Assembly (NCBI GenBank): GCA_051294905.1
Contig: CM119376.1
Span: forward strand, 15,376,001 to 15,440,000
DNA: 64,000 nucleotides
Source of the DNA: Botryllus schlosseri
Taxonomy: Eukaryota
Reading direction: 5' to 3'
Shown here: positions 24,001-37,585 of the stretch, one piece after another
Numbering within the stretch: position 1 is the stretch's first letter
Layout: each line of letters begins with the position of its first letter
Notes under the pieces: model-generated
The model's input: only the letters and a program-made list of their open reading frames with translations
Told to the model about the DNA's origin: nothing
Databases searched by the model: none
Translations under genes and position numbers: made by a program

Positions 24001-27000
24001 ACAAGGGAATAGCATGCGCGAACTGCCAATCGCCGACTGAATTGCGGAAATGCCCCTAGACATCGCAACGGCAGATACCATGTGAACGCTTCATTCAACG
24101 CCACATTCTCCTTGGGAGAGGGATATCAATTCGACAAGGTTTCTTTATATTCAAGCCGCAATGCTCCGCTGTATGACCCGACACGAGTAGCCGCAGCGCG
24201 GCCAGGCGTCGCCAAGATTACGCGCGGGCAAGACGCCGGAGCGGGGCCACTAGCGACAACATGGCCGGGCTGGCAAAAACAAATTTCTCGGCGCTATTTC
24301 GGAAGTTCAATAGTTCCACTAACCGCAGGTAAACCTACGTTGCGGACGCGAAAACTCGGGAGACAACGTATTGCCCTTCTAATCACGCGATATCACAATA
24401 ACAAAGGTGGTCGAAGTACTCATCATTGGTGCTCAGCTAGAAGTAAAAGTAGCGATTGCGATTTCAAAGCAAGTAAAAAAACTAGTACTCTATGACTAAT
24501 CAGTAATCACCTCCTAAAAAAACACGAAAACAGTTCACCCAGAAGTAGACATAGAGAAAGATCATAAGCACTCAAATAGTGTCGGTAAGTGCAGCGATTT
24601 CCAAGTAAGTAAATAAAACGGGTATTCTAGGACTAGTATTACCAAAAAGAATACGAAGCCGTCAGGTAGAAGCGGTAGGAGTCTAAAATCGTAAGCACTT
24701 GGGTAACCAGCACAGCACAAGTATTGACAGCCTATTCAAGCATATTCACGGAAGCGGCGTTCGTTAAACATAAACACAATATCCACACAAGCAAATCGCG
24801 TATCGAGCACATTTCCGATTTTATAATTACATAAACCGCGCAAGCCCATTTTCACTCGCTCTCACTTCCGCTCCGCGTGATTATACCATCAAGTTTATTG
24901 TGTAAGTCGCCAGCGTCACATCGCGATCGAGTAATCTCGGTTCCGCGCAACGGCGCGTCAACATACCGTTCGACACAGAAGAAAAAGTCTTCACAACGCA
25001 CAGAACAAATTCCGCGACCACTGACAATGAGGTCATACAGTGGGGATAATACAGTGCCATTGCGGATATGACTGTGCGGCATGGACGTTTTAATTCTTTT
25101 TGATGTAATCATCCGAAGTTACCGATGTACTTCCCTAGTATAAGCAAACACGCGCTCACGACAAGACATCCTGTCTCCGCTATAGGCAGTGCTTCACCGG
25201 TTACTAGTTAATTCGGGACTTGGAGTCACCCAATTATAATCCTAACTTACCCTACCCTAAGCCAAACCAGACTTCATTAACACATACATCCCCATTCACC
25301 AAGTGGCGTATATCGCAAATCACGCTCATGATTAATCAAACATTAACTTTCGAATATATAACTACAATATTTACGCATGCAATGCCAAATTCACGAAGTG
25401 CCCTATTACATTCGTTTTCAAATATATTAATACAAAAATTATCGCAGTCAAAATATTAGTTATTGCATTTCTAACACTAATTCCCCAAATGTCGAACTCA
25501 CGAACTACCCTACCATATTACCAAAATACAAGCTCATATAATGTGAAACATTCATTTACGAACTCACTAATACAATATTTATGCATTATTTTCATAATAA
25601 TCAGATATTACATTTCCAGTATCGAATGCTCTGGTAACCGTCAGGGTTTTCGAGCCGTAAAAAGCGCGCGTTGAGGAAGAATTCATCAACCCAACCGAGT
25701 TTTCGAGTTCTGCACATTTACGACGAACCAGCAGGACAACATGTTATGGTCGCTAATTCGCGATGTCTTTGACAAGGGGAAAAGCAGTCCGCTGCCTCAA
25801 CGACGCTGCGCAGACGGTGTTGACAGCTGCGCGCGGAGGAGTAGCGGAAGCGGTGAGATAGCGCGCGCTGTGACGTGTACGCGTGTCCGTTGTTATGCAC
25901 CTGGTATCCGGTACGGTTTAGCGGGCGGATGGCATTTAATGGAGGGTATCATAAAATTCCTTCGGTATTACCGCCGCCGTGCAACGTCCCGTCGACGCGT
26001 TACGAAACTCGCCGGAATATCGCCATTCACAGCGCGGCGACTAAACAACTGGTTCGCGTCAACCCAACAAGCCCGCGTCTCAAAGGACTAATGGTTAGGA
26101 AACGACGGTGTGCTAACATTTACTTAGGATTTTACTTCGCCAGCGGATGTTGACTTAGCCTTTTCTATGCGCTGCCCTCGTAAACCAACATATCTCTGTT
26201 TGGCGAGTTTGCACAAGATATAGCTTCGAGACCCAGTCGATTCGGCAGCCGTCCGCGCGCTGCGGTGTCGTCATGAACAACGGGGTGATTATAAAGCACG
26301 CATCCGGGCCAGTGACGAATGTCCTAATTACAGATTTGCACAAAATACCAATCTAGTTAATTGACGGTCAACTAACTACTGTTTTTTGAGTAGTTCTAGT
26401 TGTAAATTTTCGAAGTGTGTAGTTCTAGTTGCGCATTAAAAAATAGTTGTCGAACAACTATAAAAAACGTGTAGTTTGGTTCGGTGACGTGTTTGCAGTT
26501 ATTGCTAGCTCAGAGCCATTAATGCTGACAGTGGCGTGGCCAAGGGGGTGGGTTATGGGGGTCGAGACCCGTCCCTATTATGATCAAATACAAATTAACG
26601 AGTTGTTTCGCAATTTAATTTGTTAGTCGTGTTTTAGCGAGTCGCGGATTTCTCAACGTAGTTAGTGTTGAGTTTTGAAAAGTAAGTTGTTCCGGTTGCA
26701 GCGCACTTTTAAAATCTAGCAGTTTGTCCGTGTTCAACTGATTAGCGCGAGTAGGGCTGGGCAAAATCGAGTACCTGAGTGATTCGATTCTGAATCACGT
26801 AAAATGCTTCGAGTCGAGTCGAGTAATCGAGTATCACTCATTATGACGTCATAGCAGAATATTATTTCTCAAAGTTCAAATATGTACCTTTTAAGCGACC
26901 ACATAGAATATAATGCCTGTTATTCATCATATTAAGGATACTTTGCTATTTTTTCGACTATACCGATTTCATTGCACTTGGTGACAATATTGTGGGATGA

Positions 27001-30000
27001 TCATGACCTCGGAAATGTGCTATTTCCAGTAACGTTGGTAGCTTTGTACTTCATGTTTCGCATGCTACGATACGGCCAATCAAGGTTTCAAGGCTTCAAA
27101 AGTGAAATTAGCATAAACTCGTTGATCGTTGATAAACTCCTCGTTGATAAATCAACTTTCAGTGGCGCGGAGCGTATAATTTCAGTACTCGAAAAAATCG
27201 TATTTTACTACTCGACTCGAATCATTAAAATTAATACTCGATTCAGATTCGAGTACTCGAGTCATTGTGCCCAGCCCTAAGCGCGAGTCAACGACTCGCG
27301 ATCGTATCAACGCCGACAACAAAAGCAAACCTGCGCCCGGCATCGGAAAATCGCAGGCGATAGATACCATCGCAAATATCCGGCCAATTACGCCGAAGCG
27401 GACGTTACGGCGTACGCGGTTTCGCTTTATCACGTCGACAATTCCGGCCGCGCCAAATGACACCGACTTCAAAGACCGCGACGAGGAACGACAATAACCA
27501 CGACGGTATTTAGAAATCATACGCCAATATAATAAGAAGCGGATGTTTTGAGTAATGTTACTCTCCACAGAGCATAATAATGTTTCATTGTTCGCGTAGC
27601 AGCGTGTAACCGTGTACTTACTTCTCGACAACTGTTCCAACGCGAACCGCACGCCCCTGTTAAAAGAGCGCGCTTCCGCCGGCGTGTAAAAAGTCAGCCC
27701 CATTTTGTGATCGCCCACTTGCCAATGGTGAAAAGTCCCGATGGTTTCGTGGAAGACCATGTTGCGTTGGATGAGACAGTCGAGGGTTACCTGCGCGAAA
27801 AGTGTGTGAATCAGTCTCGCGAATCTTAGGCGGAATACGGGCGGCTGCGCGCGAAAGAATTCAGCAATCTCTCTTTCCCGCTAAGGCCCCCCCGGGGGAG
27901 ATGGCGGTTATCGCATCATATAGGATGATTAAAACGGAAACGAAGCTAGTACAGGCGCGTTAATCATCGCTACTGTAAATTCCGGTAATCTGCCGTAATC
28001 TCGGCGTGTAGCAGTCGAGTTATTTCCAAAACAGCGGAGATTAAGGAATTTTCATAATCTCCCATCCGGTACGCTGGAGATAATACCGACTCCGATTCAA
28101 CGTGTTCAACTCGACCAGCCGAGGTTGCCGCGCATAATAAGCGACAGCTGATATCACCACACGAACGGATGGCAGCAAGCGGCACGCAGGCCGTGTTTTG
28201 CGCGATTTCAGCGCCGCCCGGCGTGTTATTACGGCTGGATACGACATGACTAGCAGTCGATTCACCGCTAAACAGGAAATTTCTAATAACACACGCGAGT
28301 AATCCGCTGTAACGTTTACTCGGTGCGGACGCGCGCGCGTAATACACTGACAACGCCCGCACGCCGATAGTACGAGTCCACTCGGAAAATTGCTCAGTAA
28401 ATTACTGCGTCGGGAATACTAAACCGCCCAATCAGATTGGTGTGGGTTCGAGATGTTTTAAATTAATAAAATTGATTAATGAATTCCGAAACGTCGGGAA
28501 CACGAGATATCGCGGCGTCAACATTCGTTGGCCGGTTAACGCGACAGCGTGTAATTCGCGGCATGCGTGCTCCGAAATCTCCGACGAGTGAGCGATCGCC
28601 ACTTTAATTGACAACGCGGATGTAAGCACGGCGAATACAAGGTGTTTTAAGAAGGATACGAAAATAGTTTGGAGATGACTACCCCGGGCTAGTTTCCTGC
28701 TTTGCGTGACCTCGATTTGCTCGAGCGAAAACGAGATCTTTCGCCGGCTCACAGAGTCAGCGGGCATGAAAAAGCACAAATGAAATCCAGACCAGGAGAT
28801 GCTTAGCGACGCGGGATTACCTTCTTGTCACTCATCCGCCAGCCGTAGATGCGGTATCTTCGCTTGTCCATGCTCTCGTAGATGCCGATCTTGCTCTGGC
28901 CCCCGTTCGCGTAGTGAACCCACCCGCCCAACGTGTCGTCCCGGGTCATGACAATCCCCAAAACCCTGACGACGGGTCTATCGCTGTAAAATCAAGAACA
29001 CGCCGCGTTAAAACCCTTCGGAATCATCGAAATCGAATCGCGCAACATTCGCGCGGCGACATCGGATAAGAGTAAATACAGGTTTCGAGTTGCTAAGGTC
29101 TGGACCTTGTCACGCGAGAAATTCCTCTGTTTGTTTACGCCGAAAAATCCCTCGCTCGGTCGCATGCGAGCGCTACCCAGTCTAATATTCGTTCTTAGAA
29201 AGAACCCGGCGTTTTCAGGCGACGGACTTGATTGCATTCGCGCGAGCCGCCGAAAAATGCGAGGCCCATCCCAAAATCTGGACGGAGAGACCGTGACGGC
29301 GAAAGAAATGTAATCGTGTCGCCACACGGCGTCTAAGCTGTTTATATTTCCACTGTGACATTGCACCCTCGGGCAATCGGCGTCCGACCCGGCGCAACAC
29401 AGAGTTGTTCATTGTGTCTAATCCGAATCTTGAAAAAATCGCTAGAAAAAAAGCCAGCAAGCGAAGCGGGCCGTAGCGGTGAAGATGATTCAAACCAGCA
29501 CACATTCACCGGACGGGCATTCGCTTCGCGCGGCGAGATGTAACAGTATATCTCAGCACAAGAAGCGTCCGATAAGCGGAAATTGCTCGCAATCCGATAT
29601 GTAAACCGATAGCGGCACGGTCTCCGAGCGAGTAGCTTCCACCGTAGGGACTCAGTTCATTGTGAATGCTTACGGGACCATTCGCTTGTCGTTTCAAGTT
29701 GATATTCGTCCGCAAATCGCCAGAAATCAAGATGGCGTGAAGGGAAGGCTGGTAAGTCGGTTTTGGATAACCCGGTGTATCACCGCGGCCGCGTCACAGC
29801 TCGGCAATACATCCGAGGTTGCGTTATCGCCAGTATATCGCAGGCCTCCACAAAGGCGTCCGGTGTGCGTTGACTGGCTTCCCCACTCGACATCGGGAGA
29901 GAGCGTACTTCACCTAATCTTATACGCGGCTCGACAATCCATATTTACATCCGATCGCAATCCATTCGGTGCCTTTCGACTGGCGTCGGCGTGCCGATAC

Positions 30001-30191
30001 CAGGTCATTAACAAGTTGATTCATAGCCATTCCGTCAGATAAGATGGCAACCCGCGTCGGAAATGACAAGCCATTTCGCACTCGCGCAAGTCATAAACAT
30101 CGATACGGAAAAACAGCGTAAAAACACACACGCGAGGCGATACTTACTTCCATTCGATGCGGAACATGTCATGATCTTTTTTGTAGTCCAT
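18010..30191 (-). CDS. SPRED: SPRED (Sprouty-related, EVH1 domain-containing) Ras-MAPK inhibitor, ~674 aa if the interrupted exon is rejoined
   Basis: Exons (minus): 30191-30148, 28983-28821, 27790-27622, [22924-22885 + 21403-21379, split by a TE], 20611-20384, 19894-19604, 19074-18010. EVH1 motifs: VMTRDDTLGGW and TFHHWQVGDHKMGLTFYTPAEARSFNRGVR. Cys-rich SPR domain: RCRHCQEVF...DPCSC...RWAALAALSLICPCLCLYPPLKAC. Splice phases are consistent and total 2025 nt. The first coding exon is the least certain. Confidence 0.93.
21412..22884. mobile_element. Foldback-type non-autonomous DNA transposon (594-bp inverted arms, 285-bp spacer) inserted in a SPRED coding exon
   Basis: Arms 21412-22005 and 22291-22884 begin and end TAGGGTTGTTCAG...CTGAACAACCCTA. 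Perfect 8-bp TSD ctgcacat (21404-21411, 22885-22892). The duplicated 95-aa ORFs in the track (21607 minus, 22402 plus) reflect the inversion. Confidence 0.93.
26752..27279 (+). mobile_element. TAGGGCTGG-family MITE (copy 2), SPRED intron
   Basis: TIRs as in copy 1. Perfect TSD agcgcgag (26744-26751, 27280-27287). Confidence 0.92.
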
Positions 30192-33100
30192 GTCGCAGAG
30201 CGCAGATGCATGGCACGGCGGTGAGGACGGAATAGTGTCTGATTCGATGACGATTTCCGGTGTGTGGCTTGGAGAGAACTCTTGAAGTGCGCTTCAGCGT
30301 GATGATATTAGGAATTCCTTTCTCCCGAAAGGTCTCATAAATATTAATGATCCGTAGCGGGGGAGATGGATGGAACCGGAAGGAACACTGCGCCGAGCGG
30401 TAATTCCAGATATGTTTCCAAATGGTCTTGTAATCCTCGTTGCGTGTAGTTTATAATCCAGAGAGCCGCCTTCGCTGAGCGATACTCCCACCTATTTTAC
30501 ACTAAGGAAGTCTGCAACGGCTAGAATTCATACAATATTAGTCAAGACGCATCTGGCGAAAGCGTACGGCGGTGAGCAGAACTGGCGCCTTACAATTTTA
30601 AGAGCAGTATCACGACCGCTGATTTATGCGTCGACACTGATACAGCTATCTGACTACATTGCACTAAAAGATATCCGCGTGACTAAACCGTAATTCACGA
30701 ACACGATTATATATTCGCCATCAGAAATAAATCCATTCATCAACTGGCCCACGCCGACTAGGTAAAATCACTACGATACTCCCCCTGCATTCTGACGAAG
30801 ATGATTGAAATCTTCCGTGCACACAGCGGAGTTAAATCAGAGTTCAAAGGCCCTGTCTGGCATTGCCACAAATACTGTTTCCTACTAACATTCAATAGAC
30901 ATACAGTCCATCGATCCCAAAATATCGCGCGCAGCATTAAATTCATAGCTATCTCAAAGCTGCGGTAATACTGCACGTAGAGCGGATATAAACGTCAAAT
31001 TGCTTTAGCACCACTTCCTAAAGTCGTAATTGGTGGGCATTATCGTCGTGTTTTCGGAAGCAAGAATAAAACAACGCCTCGGGCGCGAAACCATATCGCG
31101 CATTTTTGCCGTGCTCGATCGCTCAAAGGTATACACCTCGCATCCGCTCCGACATTTACAAGGTCGCGCATTATAGCGACGCCAATCCTCGGTCTAAACC
31201 TCGCCCGCCGGTAGAATTCCGCGCGCGCTGCTGCAATCCAAACTCGCGCCGCAGAGGGCAACGAAATCTACGCCCGCATCTGTCGAGAAGGCAAAGTCGC
31301 AAGGACAGACGATCCCGATTTCAAACCGCAAAGCATTCGCCGAGCCAGCGGTGCCGATTAAATTCTTCCTTGTCAAGTAGAACGAAAGCGTTCACGGAAT
31401 CACGTACCGTGCTATTTCCACAAACCTTGCGCAGGGCTTTCTCACGATGGCAGTGCGGGACTCGACACGCGAGAGAGAAGGGCCCGCTCGCAGTCCGAGT
31501 TATCAACAACTGATATAAATTTTCTTCAATACTCTGCGCGCGGAAGAGAGCAGACTGCGGACGGTCGAACAAGCCGCGTCAAATCGAAGAATCGGAAATG
31601 GACAGAGAATAACTTTTTAAAGTCGCAGTACAAAAAACCCGTTGAGGGTAGAACAAAACAGACCTTAAAATAAGCGAGCTTCTTTACCGCCGTCACCCAT
31701 TCATAAAAAAGCGAGAAAATGGCCGACGCGCGCTGAGTCAAAGTCGCTCTCTGAAATATTTCCGCGAGATATTAATCATTCAGACAACACAACGGCGCTA
31801 CTCGCGCTGCACAAGGTATTTCCAATGCCGTAAACAGATTGTCACAGAATCGAATATCGAGTTCCGGTTTAGGTTTCCGACGGTTAGCGATAATATCGAT
31901 CGATCAGATTAGTGCCGATACCAAAGTCAAAAGTTGGAGGCTCGCGTGTTACAATAACGACGCCGCGCAAACATTACACGGCGGAAGCCTTTCGAAATTT
32001 TATACACGTACGCTCGTTCCCCACATAGCCACTACACGCCATCGCCAACATTATTTTCGACCGCGCAAAATTAAACACCATCCATTTCAGGCGTCGCGGA
32101 CGCGATTAGGAAAGGACTTGCAAGGCATACCTCGATAGGGAAAGTCTTTCACAAACGGGCCAGGATGTGACGCAGAACACACATCCGACAGCGGATTTCG
32201 CAATCGCATACCAAACTAGCGCGTAAACGGGACAAGCGAGGCCGAACGGGTGTCGCGCGGTGTGTTTTATCAGCGGCACTTCCCTCAACGCAGGAAGCGG
32301 TTATGGATTATGGAACGCTCTTCCATCCATTCATAAAATTGAGGCCTCGCGTCACTCGGCCGAGTATTTCTCAATGGTCGGCAGCTCGCAAAGCGCGGCC
32401 AATGGCGCAGCGCGGAAATCGATAAAACATAGATATCGACGGTGCGGAGAAGAAAAATACGTGGCCGTTCCTATTGAAACCGGCTAAAGCCAATTTGATA
32501 AATAGGAGTGCCTTCCGGTATATTATACCCACAAATTGCGTACACAGGAAATGAAGTTAATGATGTCACCAAACACCCTTTCATACTCATCGCGGCGAGG
32601 TGTACTCAGTAATGGAATCGACGGAACAAACATCGGTCAACAAGCCGCGTGTGTTCCAGCAATAGCGAGCCCGAAACTCCATCGATCCACTATCAAATGG
32701 TCCAACTCATAAACGCAAATGACCGGATGTACGGCAGACATTCCTTAACAGCCTGCCAGTTGTCATTCGATTTTACATGAGCGAACGCCGCTCGCTGTCA
32801 GTTTATCATTGAAAATCACGGCGCCGTGACGATGCCTCGTCTCCATTTCCTCTACGGGAGGATGGAGACGGTGTCAATAGCATCGTAAAATCTTTTCAAG
32901 TCAACACGGACACAACGGAATCGCAACTGCGGACTAGATAATATAATCCGTTACGCCCAACACTTCCAGGCACGGCCGCGTAACGCGCGTTGAAATATTT
33001 CAACAGAGCGCAATAATGATATGTACTTGGATTTAATTAGAAGTCAACTTCCTGCGTCGGCCGCGCGTTATGAACATCCACAGTTTTTAATAGATGAATT

Positions 33101-36100
33101 AGCGCGTAATAACACAGGGTGCCCGGATCGTAAAATGGTGGCTGCGCTTTTACTGCGCACCGTCCGAAATGATAAACCTGGGAAGGATTCAGGAAAAAAA
33201 TATCTGAAACGTGCCGCTTTATGGCTTTACGCTTTTCAAGAGGGTTCAGCGCACCCGAACGGACCGGTAAACGGCTATTAGATACGCACTTACTCATAAA
33301 CCCTCCCATCAAAAACAAGGACGCGACGCGAAAGGAATCATGCTTCACAGTTAATTCTGCACATCCTTCCCGTGTTTGAGGTAAAAAAAGCGTTGTCACT
33401 CTGCGCCAGCGCGATGGCAAGGAATGGCATTGGAAGTCTCATATCACTTCATAACTTGATCGTACCTTGCTCGCAACACTTGAAATTCGTATTAATCAAA
33501 TAACGCGCATCCACAGGATGTAGCGAGCCTCTTATCGGCGGTACACTTCCTGACGGCATGTGTGAACACAGCATACATTGATTAAAACCAACACTAAGTA
33601 CCTTTTCGAGTGAATAAGCGGATAGGATGGTGCGATCTAAAACACGGCGAACCAAGCACTCTACACACAAGAAAACGAGCCAGTCTCCCCAAAGACTCCA
33701 AGCGCCGTTACAGTTACTTGACACACTGTGCGCCTCTAATTTTCTAAACAGCAAGGTCATATTACGTACTGAGTCATTCGCGAACGATAACTTTTCTTCA
33801 GGAACGGGTGCGCAGCGCTAACAATTAATCACAAACAAATTAATTCGGCGTGGAGATGAAGCGGTCTTGAACATACAAGCGGAATGTGACGGCGCGGAAG
33901 AGAGAAAAAATGGGCACGCGATACACCTATTGGCATACGTTATCAGAAATAGCCTTCCGGTTTACCCGTGATCGAATTTAGAAGCCGTCTTTTACAACTC
34001 TCGTGAGAATTACGATCACGCCGAAGCCACGAAGTCTGCTTGGGCGCCATTAAGCAGCTACGTAAAGCTACGTAGCTAACAATCCTGATCAGGACCAACT
34101 TCTCAAAAAAAGTACTTTTGCGGTTAAAATATATTTGCTAGGACGGCAATTTTACATTTCATATTACTGACATCGTTTGGCTTGGTTAATGCACATAATA
34201 TTATCAACAAGAATATATGGTTTTCTTTAGAAGGCAGGATATATATTTAGGTTGCTTTCAGTATAAGGACCTTTCTATTCTCTTGTTAGTTTAAAATACT
34301 CTCTCCTCCTGTCCCTTTGGGTGAGTCACAGACACCTGCAACATCAATAGGAATGATATTGTGGTATTTCATATTGACCTGTGGGGGAGAATTATGAGAC
34401 ATTGATCGATTGCAAAATTGCTAACATATTTGAACAGCAAACATACCTGAGAGAATTGGTATGGCTATTTGTTAACAATAATCTACATCAATTCAGGCAA
34501 AACTGACCTTAAAGATGAGCAATAACTTGAGTACAAATTTGGTTGTTCGAAAAGCAAGATTTTTCAAGGCGTGAAAAATGGAAATATATATACAACTGAA
34601 CTTTAAACTTTATCCTGTTCCCAAACCATGCCTGTTGACGATTATGTTCTGATATTTTCAATAAAGCACCAGATCCCATGCTACAGATTAGAGAGGTATC
34701 GTCACTACAACCATAATAGTAAACTGCATTCAATGCAGAAATTCATTTCATACACGCAATTTCATATCAATATATCATTATTAATTGAATTGAACAACAA
34801 ATGAAAAAGTGATTGCATTTAATCAGCACAAAATCGAAAAGAAACAGATTTGATAACATAACAAGATTGCTTATTTTAGGAAATTTATTAATTCAATAGG
34901 AATGATATTCACTATCTTGAAAGGAAAATATCAATTGGTTGCCAAAATAACAATTTACTGTACATGGACAGCAAGAATAGAATGATATTACTTTCTAGGC
35001 TATCGTTTCTTTTGTAAATTTTATACAAATCGAGTTCATATCCAACAAACAAATCCTTCAAATCGTTAACCATTTACAAGTCAATCTGATAGTGTTGATG
35101 AAAATTTTTTTTAGAACCTTTGTAGAAATATAATGAAGTTGTAGCCGACTAGTTTGGCTGATGAAGATAAACAGTAGAATATCATACTTAACTTGACAGA
35201 CTATCAGTGATCTTTACATTTCTAATAAGATAACACATAAATGTTCAAAGAAAAATTGTAAACTAGAATCACGATAATGACACTATGCCAAAAACACACT
35301 GCCAAGGCAGATTTCAAATAATTTCAATCATGAAAACTATTTGTAACTACATTTTAATGTATAACTCTTAATTAAACCAAGTATATGTTAAACTGTCATC
35401 CACCAAACAGCATGCAGAACTATAATTTACTGTGACTGAATTGGTAAATGAGATCACTAAAAGCATGTATATGGATCTAATAAACACAGCACCAAGATCA
35501 CACAAGACCAGTAGAACAAGATATTGTATCATAACAAAGCTTTCATTTCAGTTTTGAAATAGTGTAAGTGATAGTCGGGTGTAATGGAAAATAAAATCCT
35601 TGCCTTCCAATACAGTTTAATAATATCCGAATATACCATGAATCTCGAAATAAGCGTCATAGTAACTGGATTACAATACTGTAGTAAATTAGGCATAGTA
35701 GCAATATAATGGAAGTTATTGAATATGAATCTATTATACTCTCGAACACACTTGCCTATAACGAAAAATACGAGGCCAACAGACTCAAACCTACTTACCA
35801 AGCGAACGGCACCCGACTAGACGTCTACCGAACTCAACTTACGTATATTCTCTCAGTACATTCACCCGTGAATTGAGGATATTCTCATAGACCGCTACTA
35901 AAATACCATGCTATGAAGCTCTCACAAAGACAGCGACAATACACTTTACTCTGCCCATGGCACGCATCGTACAACGATAGGAAACGAAGTATCCGGTTGA
36001 AGCATTAAACCCACTCGAACGACTCGACGGAACGCAGCTTGCACTGTCGTCACCCGTCGCACAAATTTTATGAATGGCGAATCTGCCAATTCGAGTGTAA

Positions 36101-37585
36101 CGACGACTCTTTCAACTGATTGGTCTATTCGTGAAACGCAACTAAATAACAATGATGCACTGCATTGGTCCTTTTTGGCATATCGTTGACGGAATTATGG
36201 CGGAATGATGGAATCACGTTCGTCTTCGGCCATGTGCGATCAGGTGCAGAAATTGCTAATTCATGCAGAGTGTTCGGTGTACACCATTTTGCTTTGCTAC
36301 GTAGTACATATATGGTTTGACTACATCATCAGAGTTTTGTTTCGGTTATTGGATTCCCCTCAGATCTCTGAGTATCAATGTGCGCGGAAAGGGCTGAAAT
36401 ATAGGTCTTACCTGGTGAAGCCATTTCGAATCCTTTCGGTTTTTTACACTAAGACTGTTGGCATGTTTTCTACACTTCGTAAGCGAATGAAAGAACAATG
36501 TTATGTTATGTTATGTTAATGAAAGAACAATAATCATTCCAACGTGGCAGAAAACGACGCAGTACCTTCATCTCGGATCTATTACTTGTTCGTCCGTCCA
36601 CAAGACTATACAATACACACTATCTATTATCTATACATCATTGCAATGAATATTGGGTACTCGAAAGTAATTTCATTCATTCGCGAATCGTATAGAAAAT
36701 CTTTCTGCAATTTAAAGGAGTGGGTCACCCTGTTTCGATGTTACAATACGTAAAATACTTGCAAATCATCGGGAGATGCTGCGTGCTCTAAAATTCACGC
36801 AGAAACAGAACAGTGCGGTTCGAACACGCGAAGTAATATGACAATGCCTTTCAATTAAAATTCAGTATATTACTGACAATTGCATCATTTTGATGCACCA
36901 CAAGACTGCCATACAATGATAGGAAGGTGTCGAAACGACTGTGAGTGGTCTTCGAAATCAGACACCTATCTGGCTTAAGCGACAAGTGTGGTGAGTTGTA
37001 TAAGCTAAGTGATTGAAGGACCACTACTTTGTGCCTTCATTCGTCTGTACGTGATGAAGCCGCAAGTTATCCATGGATCAATGTGCAGGGAATGCGATAT
37101 ACGGCATCATAAATAATGTTTATAATGCCATTGCACCGGCAAGCTCAAACGCTAGGAGACTCGAGCCGATAACGCAACCACTAGCTGTTGTCGTAATGTG
37201 AATGTCGTTCTGGGTTCACCCACCGAGCTATAATAAGTTAGTGCTCCCACGGTTACTCAGACAAATTCAATCCGGAAAAATAGTATTTTTTCTCTACTTC
37301 ATTCTGCTGTGTTGTTGAACAAACTATATTTTTGTCGCGCATATAGAGGCATGATGTTTTTTTTTGTACGTGGTATGATAATTTCAAGAGCCTTAGAAGA
37401 GTAAAAAGTATCATTAATCTCCCTTATGTCCACTTTCTAAATGACAAATTTATGCATTGCAGTACGTGGGGAATCATTACCAAGACAGTGCGCACATGCG
37501 AGTGTTATAACTCGGAAAGCTCTGATACTTCACTAATTTGGTGATCGGAAGAGATTTCTGAATTGCGTTTCAACTGGTTGGGAGC

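Noticed and set aside
25199-25639. Possible small relative of the 56700 element (GGTTACTAG...CTGGTAACC with a cctaac-like motif)
   Set aside because: Only ~9-bp terminal similarity and no TSD; insufficient support.
30165-30191. FLAG-tag-like N-terminus MDYKKDHD of SPRED
   Set aside because: It does not match DYKDDDDK or DYKxxD, lies in a native exon with a canonical donor, and there is no vector sequence. Coincidence.
22925-34050. Possible endogenous viral or bacterial insertion (GC/CpG-rich block with many short ORFs)
   Set aside because: It contains three SPRED exons in proper order and has no long ORFs or viral motifs. Better explained as an unmethylated regulatory domain.
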